The position numbers were made by a program, and so were the translations under genes. A stretch of DNA of 64,000 bases from contig OY760686.1 in assembly GCA_963663865.1 (NCBI GenBank), positions 2,496,001 to 2,560,000 on the forward strand. Direction: 5' to 3'. Position 1 is the stretch's first letter; every line of letters begins with the position of its first letter. Below are positions 28,794-38,471 of this stretch, piece by piece. This DNA comes from Spirochaetota bacterium. GTDB taxonomy: Bacteria > Spirochaetota > UBA4802 > UBA5550. Below the pieces are notes generated by a model, which ran no database searches, was not told the origin of the DNA, and saw only the letters and a list, made by a program, of their open reading frames with translations.

Positions 28794-30068
28794 TTATTGG
28801 ACCAGCTTGACCGCAGCAACTGCCAGGTCTTCTCTGACCGCCAGTCCCTCCGCGAAATCTTCAGCCGCTTTCAAAAGCGCGCCTGCCCCTTCTTCAACTG
28901 ACTGAACCTGTTGCGCCAGAGCGCTCAGCAGGACATCTTTAGACAGCTTTCTTCCTGACCTGTTGCGTATGTTAAACACACCGCCGGTAACCGCCGCCAG
29001 ACAGTCTCCGGGCTTCATCTTTACGGTTATTACACGGCCATATCCCGGCTCTTCGGGTCCGGACTGGAAAACCATCTTGGCCTCATTGCCAATTCTCTTC
29101 AGTATTACACATACATTGCCGGCCGTAACAAACGATACTGACTGCGTGCCGCCATCAATGAAACCGTAAACCCCTGATAAGGCTGCTGCCCCCGGGAGTT
29201 GAATCATTGTTTTTCTGAGAAGCTGAAAAATCCTGGAAGGCGCCCCAAGAGGAACTATCGGCAGCGAAGATAATGCTCCGCGTATACTGGATGCGGCCAG
29301 GGCCCCGGGAATGCCTTTTCTTGAGACGTCGCCAATGTAAAAATACGCGACCTCCTCACTGATTTCCATTCCGCCATGCAGTACGCCTCCCAGCTCACGC
29401 GCGGGCTTTGAAAGCGTAAACGCGGACAATCCGCCCGCACGTACTGATACGCTCCTGCCGAAGACCTCGTTGACAGCAACTGCTCCTTCGACCTCGGCCT
29501 TTAAGCGTTCCTCCTCAATCGCTTTCTGAAAATAGACTGCGTTTTGTACTGCCAGTGCGGCCTGATCCGCGAATATGCTGAACACGGCGCTGTCAGAAGC
29601 GGCAAAGCCTTCTCTGTCTGCGGCATTTATTGCCTGTATAACACCGAGAAGTTTACCCTTATGCAACAGGGGAGCGCACATAATCGATTTTGTGACAAAT
29701 CCGGTTGCCCGGTCATAATTTGGATCAAATCGGTCATCTGAATAGACATCGTTTACAATGAGGCTTTTCCCGCTCTTCGCGACATGGCCCGCGATGCCCT
29801 GCCCCATTCTAACCCGGTACTTTTCAGTCAACTCCTCACCGGCCCCTCCCAGAGCAACCTTAAAGACAAGATCGTCTGAAGATTCGTCGTAAAGCAGAAG
29901 AGTGCTTGCCTCAGCTTTAACGATCTCCTTAATTATCTCCATGATAATGTTCAGAAGCTTTTTTATATCGAGTGTTGAGTTGATAATCGTGTTTATTTCG
30001 ACAAGCCTGGCAAGGCTTTCTGTCTGATCATTGCCCCAGGTGTTTTCCAAAATCTGTGAAGTATCCAT
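28794..30068 (-). CDS. GAF + SpoIIE/PP2C-like phosphatase-domain protein (likely inactive)
   Basis: GQGIAG...NDVYSDDRF...DRATGFVTKSIMCAPL (GAF); PARELGG...IGDVSRKG (SpoIIE); start moved to 30068 after a GGAAGGGG RBS. Confidence 0.85.
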   Translation of the reverse strand: MDTSQILENTWGNDQTESLARLVEINTIINSTLDIKKLLNIIMEIIKEIVKAEASTLLLYDESSDDLVFKVALGGAGEELTEKYRVRMGQGIAGHVAKSGKSLIVNDVYSDDRFDPNYDRATGFVTKSIMCAPLLHKGKLLGVIQAINAADREGFAASDSAVFSIFADQAALAVQNAVYFQKAIEEERLKAEVEGAVAVNEVFGRSVSVRAGGLSAFTLSKPARELGGVLHGGMEISEEVAYFYIGDVSRKGIPGALAASSIRGALSSLPIVPLGAPSRIFQLLRKTMIQLPGAAALSGVYGFIDGGTQSVSFVTAGNVCVILKRIGNEAKMVFQSGPEEPGYGRVITVKMKPGDCLAAVTGGVFNIRNRSGRKLSKDVLLSALAQQVQSVEEGAGALLKAAEDFAEGLAVREDLAVAAVKLVQ

Positions 30069-30288
30069 TTCCCCTTCCGGCGCGGCAATCACCCGCCTGC
30101 AGAATTTCATCTCTCTGTTCCTGACAGCGACAGCTGTCCGTCCCCAAATTAGGCCGCCCCCGTACCGGGGGTTGCATCATTTCATCAAAGTATATTAAAA
30201 CGATAAATCCCCATAGTGAATCAGAAGAGTCTGAAGCTGTAAAGAAAAAAAAAGAATATTGTAAGCCCGATCAGGCCGCCTTTTTATG

Positions 30289-30317
30289 TTGACACAGCTG
30301 CCGCTGGATTCTTCAAT
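30289..30317 (+). promoter_or_regulatory. Sigma-70 promoter of the glycan cluster, predicting a leaderless wbqC mRNA
   Basis: TTGACA-N17-TTCAAT ending 1 bp before the ATG at 30318; predicted +1 coincides with the in-frame ATG at 30324. Confidence 0.55.
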
Positions 30318-30323
30318 ATGGTC

Positions 30324-31037
30324 ATGGCAAAGAGAGTTTCAATAATACAGTCAAACTACATTCCCTGGAAGGGTTATTTCGATATTATAAATTCATCCGA
30401 CATATTCATTATTTACGACGACGCCCAGTACACCCGCAGGGACTGGAGAAACCGCAACATCATTAAGACCCCGCGCGGGAGGGAGTGGCTCACTGTTCCG
30501 GTTGAGACAAAGGGATTCTACACGGCTCCGATAAATACGATAAGAGCTGCCGGCAAAGAATGGGCTGAAAAGCACTGGAAAACCATTAAGCGCAACTACT
30601 CGAAAACCAGATACTTCTCAAACTACAGCGGTCTTTTCGAATCCATCTACTCATCACTGGAAGATTATGAATATCTCACCGACATAAATATCAGGCTGAT
30701 TAAAGCAGTCAGCTCAATCACTGGAATTAAAACTGAGATTAAGGATTCAAGGGATTTCAACCTTAGCGGCGACAGCAACGGCAGGCTTATCTCTATGTGC
30801 CTTGAATCCGGAGCCGACGAGTACATTTCCGGCCCGTCTGCAGCGGCATATATTGACGAAAACAGATTCCGGGAAGCAGGGATTACGCTGAGGTGGATGG
30901 ACTACAGCGGGTATCCGGAATATCCGCAGCTCTATCCTCCATTCGATCACTGCGTTAGTATTCTTGATCTCATGTTCAACACGGGAGATGAGGCTCCCCT
31001 CTACATGAAATCCTTCGGGGAAGAGGCTTCCGCATGA
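30324..31037 (+). CDS. WbqC-family protein
   Basis: IIQSNYIPWKGYFD...YDDAQY...DWRNRN...YISGP...SILDL; ORF track start 30318, second ATG preferred. Confidence 0.92.
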   Translation: MAKRVSIIQSNYIPWKGYFDIINSSDIFIIYDDAQYTRRDWRNRNIIKTPRGREWLTVPVETKGFYTAPINTIRAAGKEWAEKHWKTIKRNYSKTRYFSNYSGLFESIYSSLEDYEYLTDINIRLIKAVSSITGIKTEIKDSRDFNLSGDSNGRLISMCLESGADEYISGPSAAAYIDENRFREAGITLRWMDYSGYPEYPQLYPPFDHCVSILDLMFNTGDEAPLYMKSFGEEASA

Positions 31038-32587
31038 AAGTATCCATTGTCACGTCGCTTTACCGTTCTCAGGACTACGTAAATGAGTTTTGCGCCCGGT
31101 GCAGAAAGTCCGCAGAAAGAATAGCAGACGACTTTGAAATCATCCTTGTAAATGATTGCTCTCCTGACAATTCACTTGAGAAAGCCCTCGCCTGTGCCGA
31201 GACCGACAGCCGCATCACCGTCATTGATCTTGCGAGAAACTTCGGACAGCACAGAGCAATAATGACAGGTATTGCTCACAGCAGCGGCGACTACGTTTTC
31301 ATTGCAGACTCAGACCTTGAAGAAGACCCTGCCCTTCTCGAAAGGTTTTACACCGTAATGATCTCAGAAAACGACACGGATGTCGTCTACGGTGTGCAAA
31401 CAGTAAGGAAGGGAGGCCTGATTGAACGTCTCAGCGGCAGCATCTTTTACAGGGTTTTCAACTTCCTCTCTGAGGTCAAAATCCCGGCAAATCAGATTAC
31501 GGCAAGGCTCATGACACGCCGTTACGCCGACGCGCTTATTCAGCACAGGGAAAGAGAGCTGTTCATGGCCGGCATCTGGGCGCTGACGGGGTTCAGGCAG
31601 GTTGCGGTTCCTGTTCGAAAGAGATCATCAAGCCCGACTTCATACACACTGAAGAAGAAGATATCCCTTCTTATTAATTCCCTGACATCATTCAGCAGCA
31701 GGCCTCTGCTTGCGGCATCCTATATCGGATTTGTTATTACAGTTTCCGCCTTCGCCGGCATAATAAAGCTCGTATACGACAGACTGGCGCACGGCACGGC
31801 TATCGAGGGATGGACATCGATTTTTGTCTCCATCTGGTTCGCCTGCGGACTCATAGTTTTCTTTGTCGGGCTGATAGGGCTCTACGTGTCGAGAATGTTT
31901 ACTGAAACAAAAAAAAGGCCCTACACTGTCATCAAGCAGATTCACAGCTTCCCCTGCCGTTTCAGCAGGGACAGGATCAAAAACACTGTTTCAGAATACT
32001 ACAGCAGCCTCGTGAAAACTCACGGCGCCACTCCGAAGGGCGCGGACTGGAATTCGAGCGAGTCTCAAACGCTTCGCTTCAGACAGCTTATGAATGCTGT
32101 GGAAAACGGCAAGCCGTTCAGCATCAACGAGTTAGGCTGCGGCTATGGCGCTCTGCCCGCCTGGATGAAGGATAACGGGTTCCGTTTCAGATATACCGGT
32201 TACGACATTTCTTCAGAGATGATCAGCGAGGCCAAAAAACTCCACTCAAAAGGCAGGAACATTTCATTCGTTAAGTCAGACCGCATGAAATCCGCGGACT
32301 ACACGGTGGCAAGCGGAATATTCAATGTCCGCCCCGGGATTTCCGAAAGGGAATGGGAGGCCTATGTCCAGGATACCATCAGAATGATGGACAGATCATC
32401 GGTCAAGGCATTTGCCTTTAACGCTCTGACCTCATATTCCGATTCACACCTCATGAGGGACGACCTCTACTACGCTGACCCTCTGAAGCTATTTGACTTC
32501 TGCAAAAGAAATTTTTCAAAAAACGTATCCCTTCACCACGATTACGGGCTGTACGAATTCACAATTATCGTCAGAAAGGATATATGA
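31034..32587 (+). CDS. GT2 (GtrB/ArnC-like polyprenol-phosphate glycosyltransferase) fused to a class I methyltransferase
   Basis: VNDCSPDNS, RNFGQ, DSDLEE, two TMs, KKRPYTV, then HGATPKGADW...ELGCGYG...GYDIS...ASGIFN. Confidence 0.88.
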   Translation: MKVSIVTSLYRSQDYVNEFCARCRKSAERIADDFEIILVNDCSPDNSLEKALACAETDSRITVIDLARNFGQHRAIMTGIAHSSGDYVFIADSDLEEDPALLERFYTVMISENDTDVVYGVQTVRKGGLIERLSGSIFYRVFNFLSEVKIPANQITARLMTRRYADALIQHRERELFMAGIWALTGFRQVAVPVRKRSSSPTSYTLKKKISLLINSLTSFSSRPLLAASYIGFVITVSAFAGIIKLVYDRLAHGTAIEGWTSIFVSIWFACGLIVFFVGLIGLYVSRMFTETKKRPYTVIKQIHSFPCRFSRDRIKNTVSEYYSSLVKTHGATPKGADWNSSESQTLRFRQLMNAVENGKPFSINELGCGYGALPAWMKDNGFRFRYTGYDISSEMISEAKKLHSKGRNISFVKSDRMKSADYTVASGIFNVRPGISEREWEAYVQDTIRMMDRSSVKAFAFNALTSYSDSHLMRDDLYYADPLKLFDFCKRNFSKNVSLHHDYGLYEFTIIVRKDI

Positions 32588-33264
32588 CACAACAGGAGAG
32601 AATTATGAAAAAGCTGATAATATTCGGAACAGGCGACATCGCGCAGATAGCCCATCTATACTTTTCTGAAAGCGGAGAATACAGCGTAGAAGCGTTTACT
32701 GTTGACAGAGACTTCATTAAGGCAGACAGCTTCTGCGGACTCCCTGTTCACGCCTTCGAAGATATCCGGAAGGATTTCAGCCCTGATGAATACGAGCTTT
32801 TCGTCGCTGTCAGCTACGCGGGCCTCAACCGCGTTAGGGCGTCAAAATACGAAGCAGGAAAGGCCATGGGATACCGCTTCGCAAGCTACATCAGCCCGGC
32901 CGCCAGCATCGCATCAAACGCCGAAATAGGAGAAAACTGCTTTATATTCGAAGACAACACGGTTCAACCCTTTGTAAAAATCGGCAATAATGTAACACTG
33001 TGGAGCGGCAACCACATAGGCCACCACTCCACCGTCGGAGACAGCTGCTTTATTACGTCCCATGTGGTTATATCGGGCGGTGTACATGTTGGAGATTTTT
33101 CCTTCATCGGAGTAAACGCGACTCTGAGGGATCACATAAAAATTGGGATGAGCTGCGTAATAGGAGCCGGAGCCATCATTATGAACAATACCGATGACGA
33201 AAGTGTCTACGTGCCTGAGAGGACGAAGCCCCGGAACATGAAGAGCAGCGAACTGCGTCTTTAA
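32584..33264 (+). CDS. Sugar acetyltransferase, NeuD/PglD hexapeptide family
   Basis: IIFGTG N-domain followed by left-handed beta-helix repeats (IGENCFI, IGNNVTL, IGHH). Confidence 0.92.
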   Translation: MTQQERIMKKLIIFGTGDIAQIAHLYFSESGEYSVEAFTVDRDFIKADSFCGLPVHAFEDIRKDFSPDEYELFVAVSYAGLNRVRASKYEAGKAMGYRFASYISPAASIASNAEIGENCFIFEDNTVQPFVKIGNNVTLWSGNHIGHHSTVGDSCFITSHVVISGGVHVGDFSFIGVNATLRDHIKIGMSCVIGAGAIIMNNTDDESVYVPERTKPRNMKSSELRL

Positions 33265-33308
33265 CAGAAATTTTTCTTATATAGACCGTCTGAAAAGGGA
33301 GCGCCCGA

Positions 33309-34352
33309 TTAAAACAGAAAGAATATACCTGTACCGGCGCCCGCATATACCGGAAACGATTCTCTTTCTGCGACTAAGCCGCAATAGAGGCTGAAGCGCA
33401 TACCCACATTGTATGTCAGCATTCTTGAGGCGCTCAAACCTGCATCGGCCATGAACTCAATGGCAGGGCCGGACTGGTAGACGGTTTCACCCGAAGGATA
33501 ATGGTAGCTCATGTACACGGCGCCCGCCCTTACAACCGGCTGAAGAGACCACTGACCAAATTCTGCTGCAGCATAGCACACCCTCAGCAGCAGGGGCACC
33601 TGCAGCATGTACCCCCCCAGAGTGCTTGAAAACTCGTATCGAAGCAGCCCGGCATCAACGCCCGCGGAAAGGCCCGGAACAAAAATGTCCCTAAACGACA
33701 GGGCAGCTCCGCCCCCAAACGCGTATTCCGCCCGATCGGCAAACTCTCCTGCCGGTAGCTGAAACGAGCCGTACAAATCAAAGCTTATATTGTCAACAGG
33801 CTCATCAACTGCCGTCTGATAGGACTCCTCGCGTTTCCGGGGATATCCTTTTTCGAGATACCAGCGTATATCCTCAACAATAAGGGCGCTCATCTTCTTC
33901 AGGTAGCGCCTGAGACTTCCCTGCCTGTCAATGCGCCTGACATAAGCGTAAAGAATGGAACCGTCTTCCACTCTGATGACGCGAATATTCAGAATTGCCT
34001 TGCCGAGCAGAGTTGAAATGCTGCCCGTCACGAAATAATCGGCTGTGAGCATTTTTCCGGCCGAGACAATGGCTCCGCTGCCGGAGAGGTTCTCCTTCAG
34101 TGACTTCTCTTTAAGAATAAGGTCAACTCTCTCCCTTTCAAGTATGCGGAAACTGCGCGAGTTGAAAAAATTAAGCTCAATCTCATCCCTGAGAGTCTTC
34201 TCGAACTTTCTTGACTCCTCATCGAATTCAAAACCCGCAATGGCCACGGCCGGCCTGCTTTCAGATGCGGCAAAAGCTCCAGACACAACCGGAGCAAACG
34301 CACACACGGCAAGCATGACCGCACAAACAATAATCCGAATTACTCTCTTCAA
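33309..34352 (-). CDS. Exported CsgG/HfaB/FlgO-like domain + C-terminal outer-membrane beta-barrel protein
   Basis: Signal peptide; VAIAGF...FRILERERVDLILKE...GKMLTADYFVTGSI...NIRVIRVEDG; amphipathic strands ending in Phe. Confidence 0.75.
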   Translation of the reverse strand: MKRVIRIIVCAVMLAVCAFAPVVSGAFAASESRPAVAIAGFEFDEESRKFEKTLRDEIELNFFNSRSFRILERERVDLILKEKSLKENLSGSGAIVSAGKMLTADYFVTGSISTLLGKAILNIRVIRVEDGSILYAYVRRIDRQGSLRRYLKKMSALIVEDIRWYLEKGYPRKREESYQTAVDEPVDNISFDLYGSFQLPAGEFADRAEYAFGGGAALSFRDIFVPGLSAGVDAGLLRYEFSSTLGGYMLQVPLLLRVCYAAAEFGQWSLQPVVRAGAVYMSYHYPSGETVYQSGPAIEFMADAGLSASRMLTYNVGMRFSLYCGLVAERESFPVYAGAGTGIFFLF

Positions 34353-35059
34353 TTTAACTTCGCTTTTATCTCACGGAAATATTCTCTGCAGCGCTCTTCG
34401 AAGCCTTCATCTTTCTTTAATGACTTTCTTACAATCCCTACAACCTCGGAGGTATCACCCCTGACTATTCTTGATGTCAACAGAACCGCTCCGTCTTCAG
34501 ACTCCGCGCTTCCAAGCACGATGTACTCCGCGTTACTGTGCATTCCCGCAGACTGAATTACGCGCATCTGACTCCCGCTCCCCAGGACACGGGCGGCAGC
34601 TCTGTTCAATGCACTGAGTTCGGCGCTTCCAATCGTCTCTGAAGTAAAGCCCTGGAAACCTATAAGCTTCATTTTTATCCGGGGGGGGATATTGACCTGT
34701 TCAGTTTCTGTTTCCACCGGCTCCGGAATTGATATTTCCGAAACAGCCTGCTTCTCTTTTTTTGAAGCAACATAGTACTTCACGCTGACAGCGGAAGCTG
34801 TAGTAACCGCTACAGCCGTTGATACCGCTAAAACCTTATTCACTGCCATAAAAAGCTTTATGTTCTTCATGAGATACATAAGAGCGGCAAATATAGCTGC
34901 CCATGCCGATATGAGGCCAAGCTCTCTGAGCAGCCTTTTCAGAACCCTTTCCTGCGACTTAATCGCGTGGCGTCTTGCCTCCCTGGAAGAGCTTTCGACA
35001 AGCTCAGCTCTGTCGAGAAGGCTTTCAAAAAGGAGGATATCTTTACGTCCAGACTTCAT
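34349..35059 (-). CDS. Membrane protein, putative anti-sigma factor with C-terminal CsgG/FlgO-like domain
   Basis: Coupled to the ECF sigma gene (ATGA overlap); short cytoplasmic N-terminus, TM segment(s), AEYIVLGS...LTSRIVRGDTSEVV. Confidence 0.55.
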   Translation of the reverse strand: MKSGRKDILLFESLLDRAELVESSSREARRHAIKSQERVLKRLLRELGLISAWAAIFAALMYLMKNIKLFMAVNKVLAVSTAVAVTTASAVSVKYYVASKKEKQAVSEISIPEPVETETEQVNIPPRIKMKLIGFQGFTSETIGSAELSALNRAAARVLGSGSQMRVIQSAGMHSNAEYIVLGSAESEDGAVLLTSRIVRGDTSEVVGIVRKSLKKDEGFEERCREYFREIKAKLN

Positions 35060-35592
35060 ATCAGATCCTCCACGCCCGTGATTCCTTTATTTCTTAAATT
35101 ATGCATCATCTTCTTTATTACCCTTTTATACCTGTAACCTGTCTGTCTTGAGCTGAGATTAAGCTGTAAAGCGGCCTCCCTGCGGGAATAGCGTAATATA
35201 GCAATAAGCTCAAAGACGGTCCTGTCAATATCATCCTCGTAGTTCTCAGCGTTATCAATCTCCTGCTGAAGCACTATCCTCAGATCGTTTGAAACAGACT
35301 CCCTCAAATCTGAAAGATCATCTTTTCCGCTGTCGAGTTCAACCTGGCTCTCGCCTCTGCTCCTGTAAAACTGAGATATCCTGTTTCTTGCCACAGTCAT
35401 CAGCCAGTTTTTTGGCTCAATTACTGTCTCAATATTCCTGTATAAATCAATGAATATTTCGTGGCAGATATCCTCGGCGTCTTCCACCTTCCCCAGAGAC
35501 TTATAGACTCTGTTAAAGACAAGGGAATAGTTGTTTCTATAGCACTCAATAAACTCGGTCTTTAAGGCCTTATCGTCTTCCATTTCCACCAT
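35056..35592 (-). CDS. ECF-family RNA polymerase sigma factor
   Basis: DAEDICHEIFI and WLMTVARN (region 2), YSRREAALQLNLS (region 4); start moved from 35778 to about 35592/35583. Confidence 0.85.
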   Translation of the reverse strand: MVEMEDDKALKTEFIECYRNNYSLVFNRVYKSLGKVEDAEDICHEIFIDLYRNIETVIEPKNWLMTVARNRISQFYRSRGESQVELDSGKDDLSDLRESVSNDLRIVLQQEIDNAENYEDDIDRTVFELIAILRYSRREAALQLNLSSRQTGYRYKRVIKKMMHNLRNKGITGVEDLI

Positions 35593-35951
35593 ACACTGTA
35601 TAAGATGATTTTTACACAAACTGTTGACATATTTTTTTTTATTATCGGGGTTTTTTTGTGAAATTTGCAGCGATGAAGCCCAATTACACCTTAACTTCCC
35701 CGCCTGCGGCGGGGAGGAGTTGATGTTTGTGTCCTCGCAGTTTTTATCACTATTCAAATTTCCACTTGACATCTTCATTTTTTATTAAAAAACTTTCCAC
35801 GAGTTAGCGGCGGAAATCAAGCCGGCTTGCGCGTCAGCATGAAAATTGCATGGTTTAATCAAAAGCTTTGATTTTCCTTATACTCTCATTTATATATATT
35901 TATTTTACTATATGATTTTAACTCATATTTTTTCATAATAAATATGGCTGG

Positions 35952-38471
35952 TTGATTTTGTCAATTTATAAGAATATAAACAAGCTCTCCATAAGCTTCT
36001 TCTGGATATGGCTGACCATTTCAGCATGTTTCCTTCACGTTTCGTGCGGGAATTACATCAACGACATCAAACCGTATATTCCCGCACCCCTGTCTTCACT
36101 CTCAATTGGAAACGGAAGCCTCAACCCCGAGTTTGACAGCCTGACGACCAGCTACGAATGCGAGGTCCCCTACAGCACAGATTCAATCTCGCTTAGCGCG
36201 GATGCTTCATCCTCGATTAAATTCTACGTTGACGAAATTCCGCTTAAGACAGAGAGCGGGACAGTGATTATTGAACTCCATCCCGGAGTAAATATTGTAT
36301 CTATCAGGACTTCAGCTCACGGCAAGTATTCGCCCGGAGAATACATCCTGAGAATTAACCGTTTGCCGTCAAGCCGTCTATCATCGCTCAACGTTGAAAA
36401 CGGGCTCCTTGAACATGAGTTTACACCTGATACATCCGAATACACACTTTCAGTATTTTATACATACGACCGAGTGAACCTTACACCGTTTACTGAGGAC
36501 CCTGAGGCTGAAATACGGATAAACGGAGGCATCATTCAAAGCGGAGAATCAAGAACAGTAAGGCTGTTTTCAGACGGAAATGAGGACACCATCATCGCGG
36601 TCACTGCCTCAGATGGAAGCATTGCTGAATACACTTTCAAAATAAGACGTCAGCTGATTAGCTCATGGACTGAACACACTGTTAACGGATCTGTGGGCTC
36701 ATCCCGCTGGAACAGCGTAGCGCTGTCCGATGACGGAAACACCATTGCTGCTGTTTCAACCGAATCAATCTTCAGAACTTTTGACCAGGGTGATACATGG
36801 CACGAGATGACATCGCCTGTTATCAGAGGCTGGACTTCCGTTGCGCTTTCAGGGGACGGAGCGGCCATGACAGCCGCCGGCCCGGATGGCATTTGGCTCT
36901 TTGATTCGTCCGGCACTGACGGCACTCTATGCGCGGGCACGGCCGGACCTGACTGGGCTTCTGTCTCTTCAAGCCCGGACTTCTCCCTCCTCGCAGCTTG
37001 CGCTTTCGGAGATTACATCTACACATCCTCCGACGGGGGAAACACCTGGGACATGAGGACTTTCTCCGGGGAACGCGACTGGGCTGATATAGCAGTATCT
37101 CCCGACGGCGCTTTCATTGCCGCGGTCTGCAAATCGGGCAGCATATTCACATCCTCAGATTCAGGGCTTTCCTGGAATGAAACCGCCTCGGCTCCAACGG
37201 GAGCAGGACCGTGGATTGCGGCTGCCGTGTTCAGCTCGGGACTGATTGCAGTCTGTTCAGAAGCCGGCTATATCTACAGCACAACAGACGGGGGCTCCAC
37301 CTGGTCAGAGCACCCTCAAACCGGCGTGAGGAACTGGACTGACATCTGCTTTGATTCCGCTGGCGAGATTGTTGCATCCGCTTCGAACAGCTACATCTAC
37401 AAATCCGGAAACTCGAGGACTGAATGGACTCAGATGATATCATCCGGCAGGGACAGCTGGAGTTCAGCGGCCGTTTCGGGAGCAAATGTAATTGTTGCAG
37501 CTTCCAACCCTGGAAGGCTCAAAATATCTTTGAACTCAGGACAGATTTGGAATGAGTTCAACGGTCCCGACATACGGCTGTGGACTTCAATAGCATCCTC
37601 TTCAAACGGCCTCCGCTTCGCTGCCGCTGACTGCGGCGGATACATATATACATACCCTGACCCTGACACGGATGAACTGTGGACCGAGCATCAGGCTGCC
37701 GGCAGGCGGAAATGGGCCGATATCGCCATGTCGAATGACGGGTCATTTATAGCGGCCTGCGCGCCCTCCGATGGAATGTATATATCCTCAGACTTCGGGA
37801 ATGCCTGGGAACAGCCAGACTCAACGTCAGGAATCAGCTGGAAGAGAATCGTCTGTGCTTCAGACGCTTCATTTCTGGCCGCATGCGCTACAGACGACTT
37901 CATCTATATATCCAAAGACAGAGGAAGCAGCTGGTCAGCCTGCGATACCTCCGGGCTTCGGAACTGGCAGGCCCTGTGCGTCTCAGCTGACGGGATGAGA
38001 ATTGCCGCCTGCGAGGAATACGGCTATATCTATACGTCTTCGGACGGAGGAGAGACATGGGCAGCAGAAGATTCTGCGGGAATAAGATACTGGCAGGACA
38101 TAACCTGCTCAGCTGACGGCTCTTTTTTGTCCGCATGCGAAAAAGACGGTAACTTCGTTTTTTTTGAATCGGACAGTACAACCTCATGGCCGGCTGAGCT
38201 CCAGGAGTTTCAGCTTGAAGGCGACTGGCAGAGTATCAAATCGTCATACGACGGAAGAGAGATGCTGCTCTGCACAAGAACCGGCTCCCTGTACTTTTTC
38301 CATAATCCCGTGGATAATAATCCCGTGGATAATCCCGTGGATTGGCCTTATTCCTTACAGATAATCGATTATGCCGGAACAGAGGGCTTTAATTCAATCG
38401 GGGCTTCGGCAAACCTTTCACGCATAATGGCAGCTCCTGCATCGGCAAGCACTCTTCTTTTCTGCGAATGA
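35952..38471 (+). CDS. Surface lipoprotein: two cadherin-like beta-sandwich domains + 14 BNR/Asp-box propeller repeats
   Basis: Lipobox-like HVSC; LSSL.I..G.L.P.F....SY twice; 14 copies of W..IA.S.DG..IAA....YIY.S.D.G.TW. Confidence 0.8.
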   Translation: MILSIYKNINKLSISFFWIWLTISACFLHVSCGNYINDIKPYIPAPLSSLSIGNGSLNPEFDSLTTSYECEVPYSTDSISLSADASSSIKFYVDEIPLKTESGTVIIELHPGVNIVSIRTSAHGKYSPGEYILRINRLPSSRLSSLNVENGLLEHEFTPDTSEYTLSVFYTYDRVNLTPFTEDPEAEIRINGGIIQSGESRTVRLFSDGNEDTIIAVTASDGSIAEYTFKIRRQLISSWTEHTVNGSVGSSRWNSVALSDDGNTIAAVSTESIFRTFDQGDTWHEMTSPVIRGWTSVALSGDGAAMTAAGPDGIWLFDSSGTDGTLCAGTAGPDWASVSSSPDFSLLAACAFGDYIYTSSDGGNTWDMRTFSGERDWADIAVSPDGAFIAAVCKSGSIFTSSDSGLSWNETASAPTGAGPWIAAAVFSSGLIAVCSEAGYIYSTTDGGSTWSEHPQTGVRNWTDICFDSAGEIVASASNSYIYKSGNSRTEWTQMISSGRDSWSSAAVSGANVIVAASNPGRLKISLNSGQIWNEFNGPDIRLWTSIASSSNGLRFAAADCGGYIYTYPDPDTDELWTEHQAAGRRKWADIAMSNDGSFIAACAPSDGMYISSDFGNAWEQPDSTSGISWKRIVCASDASFLAACATDDFIYISKDRGSSWSACDTSGLRNWQALCVSADGMRIAACEEYGYIYTSSDGGETWAAEDSAGIRYWQDITCSADGSFLSACEKDGNFVFFESDSTTSWPAELQEFQLEGDWQSIKSSYDGREMLLCTRTGSLYFFHNPVDNNPVDNPVDWPYSLQIIDYAGTEGFNSIGASANLSRIMAAPASASTLLFCE
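38302..38342 (+). repeat. Three copies of a 12-bp unit (ATAATCCCGTGG) in-frame in the surface lipoprotein
   Basis: Units at 38302, 38317 and 38329 encode NPVD-N-NPVD-NPVD. Confidence 0.9.

Noticed and set aside
35593-35778. N-terminal 62 aa of the ECF sigma ORF and the GC hairpin at about 35697-35713
   Set aside because: The extension has no sigma similarity and lies in the divergent promoter region; the hairpin matches no RNA family I recognise.
35835-35850. CAGCATGAAAATTGCA as a sigma-54 promoter for the surface lipoprotein
   Set aside because: Spacing and the -12 TTGC fit, but the essential -24 GG is AG.
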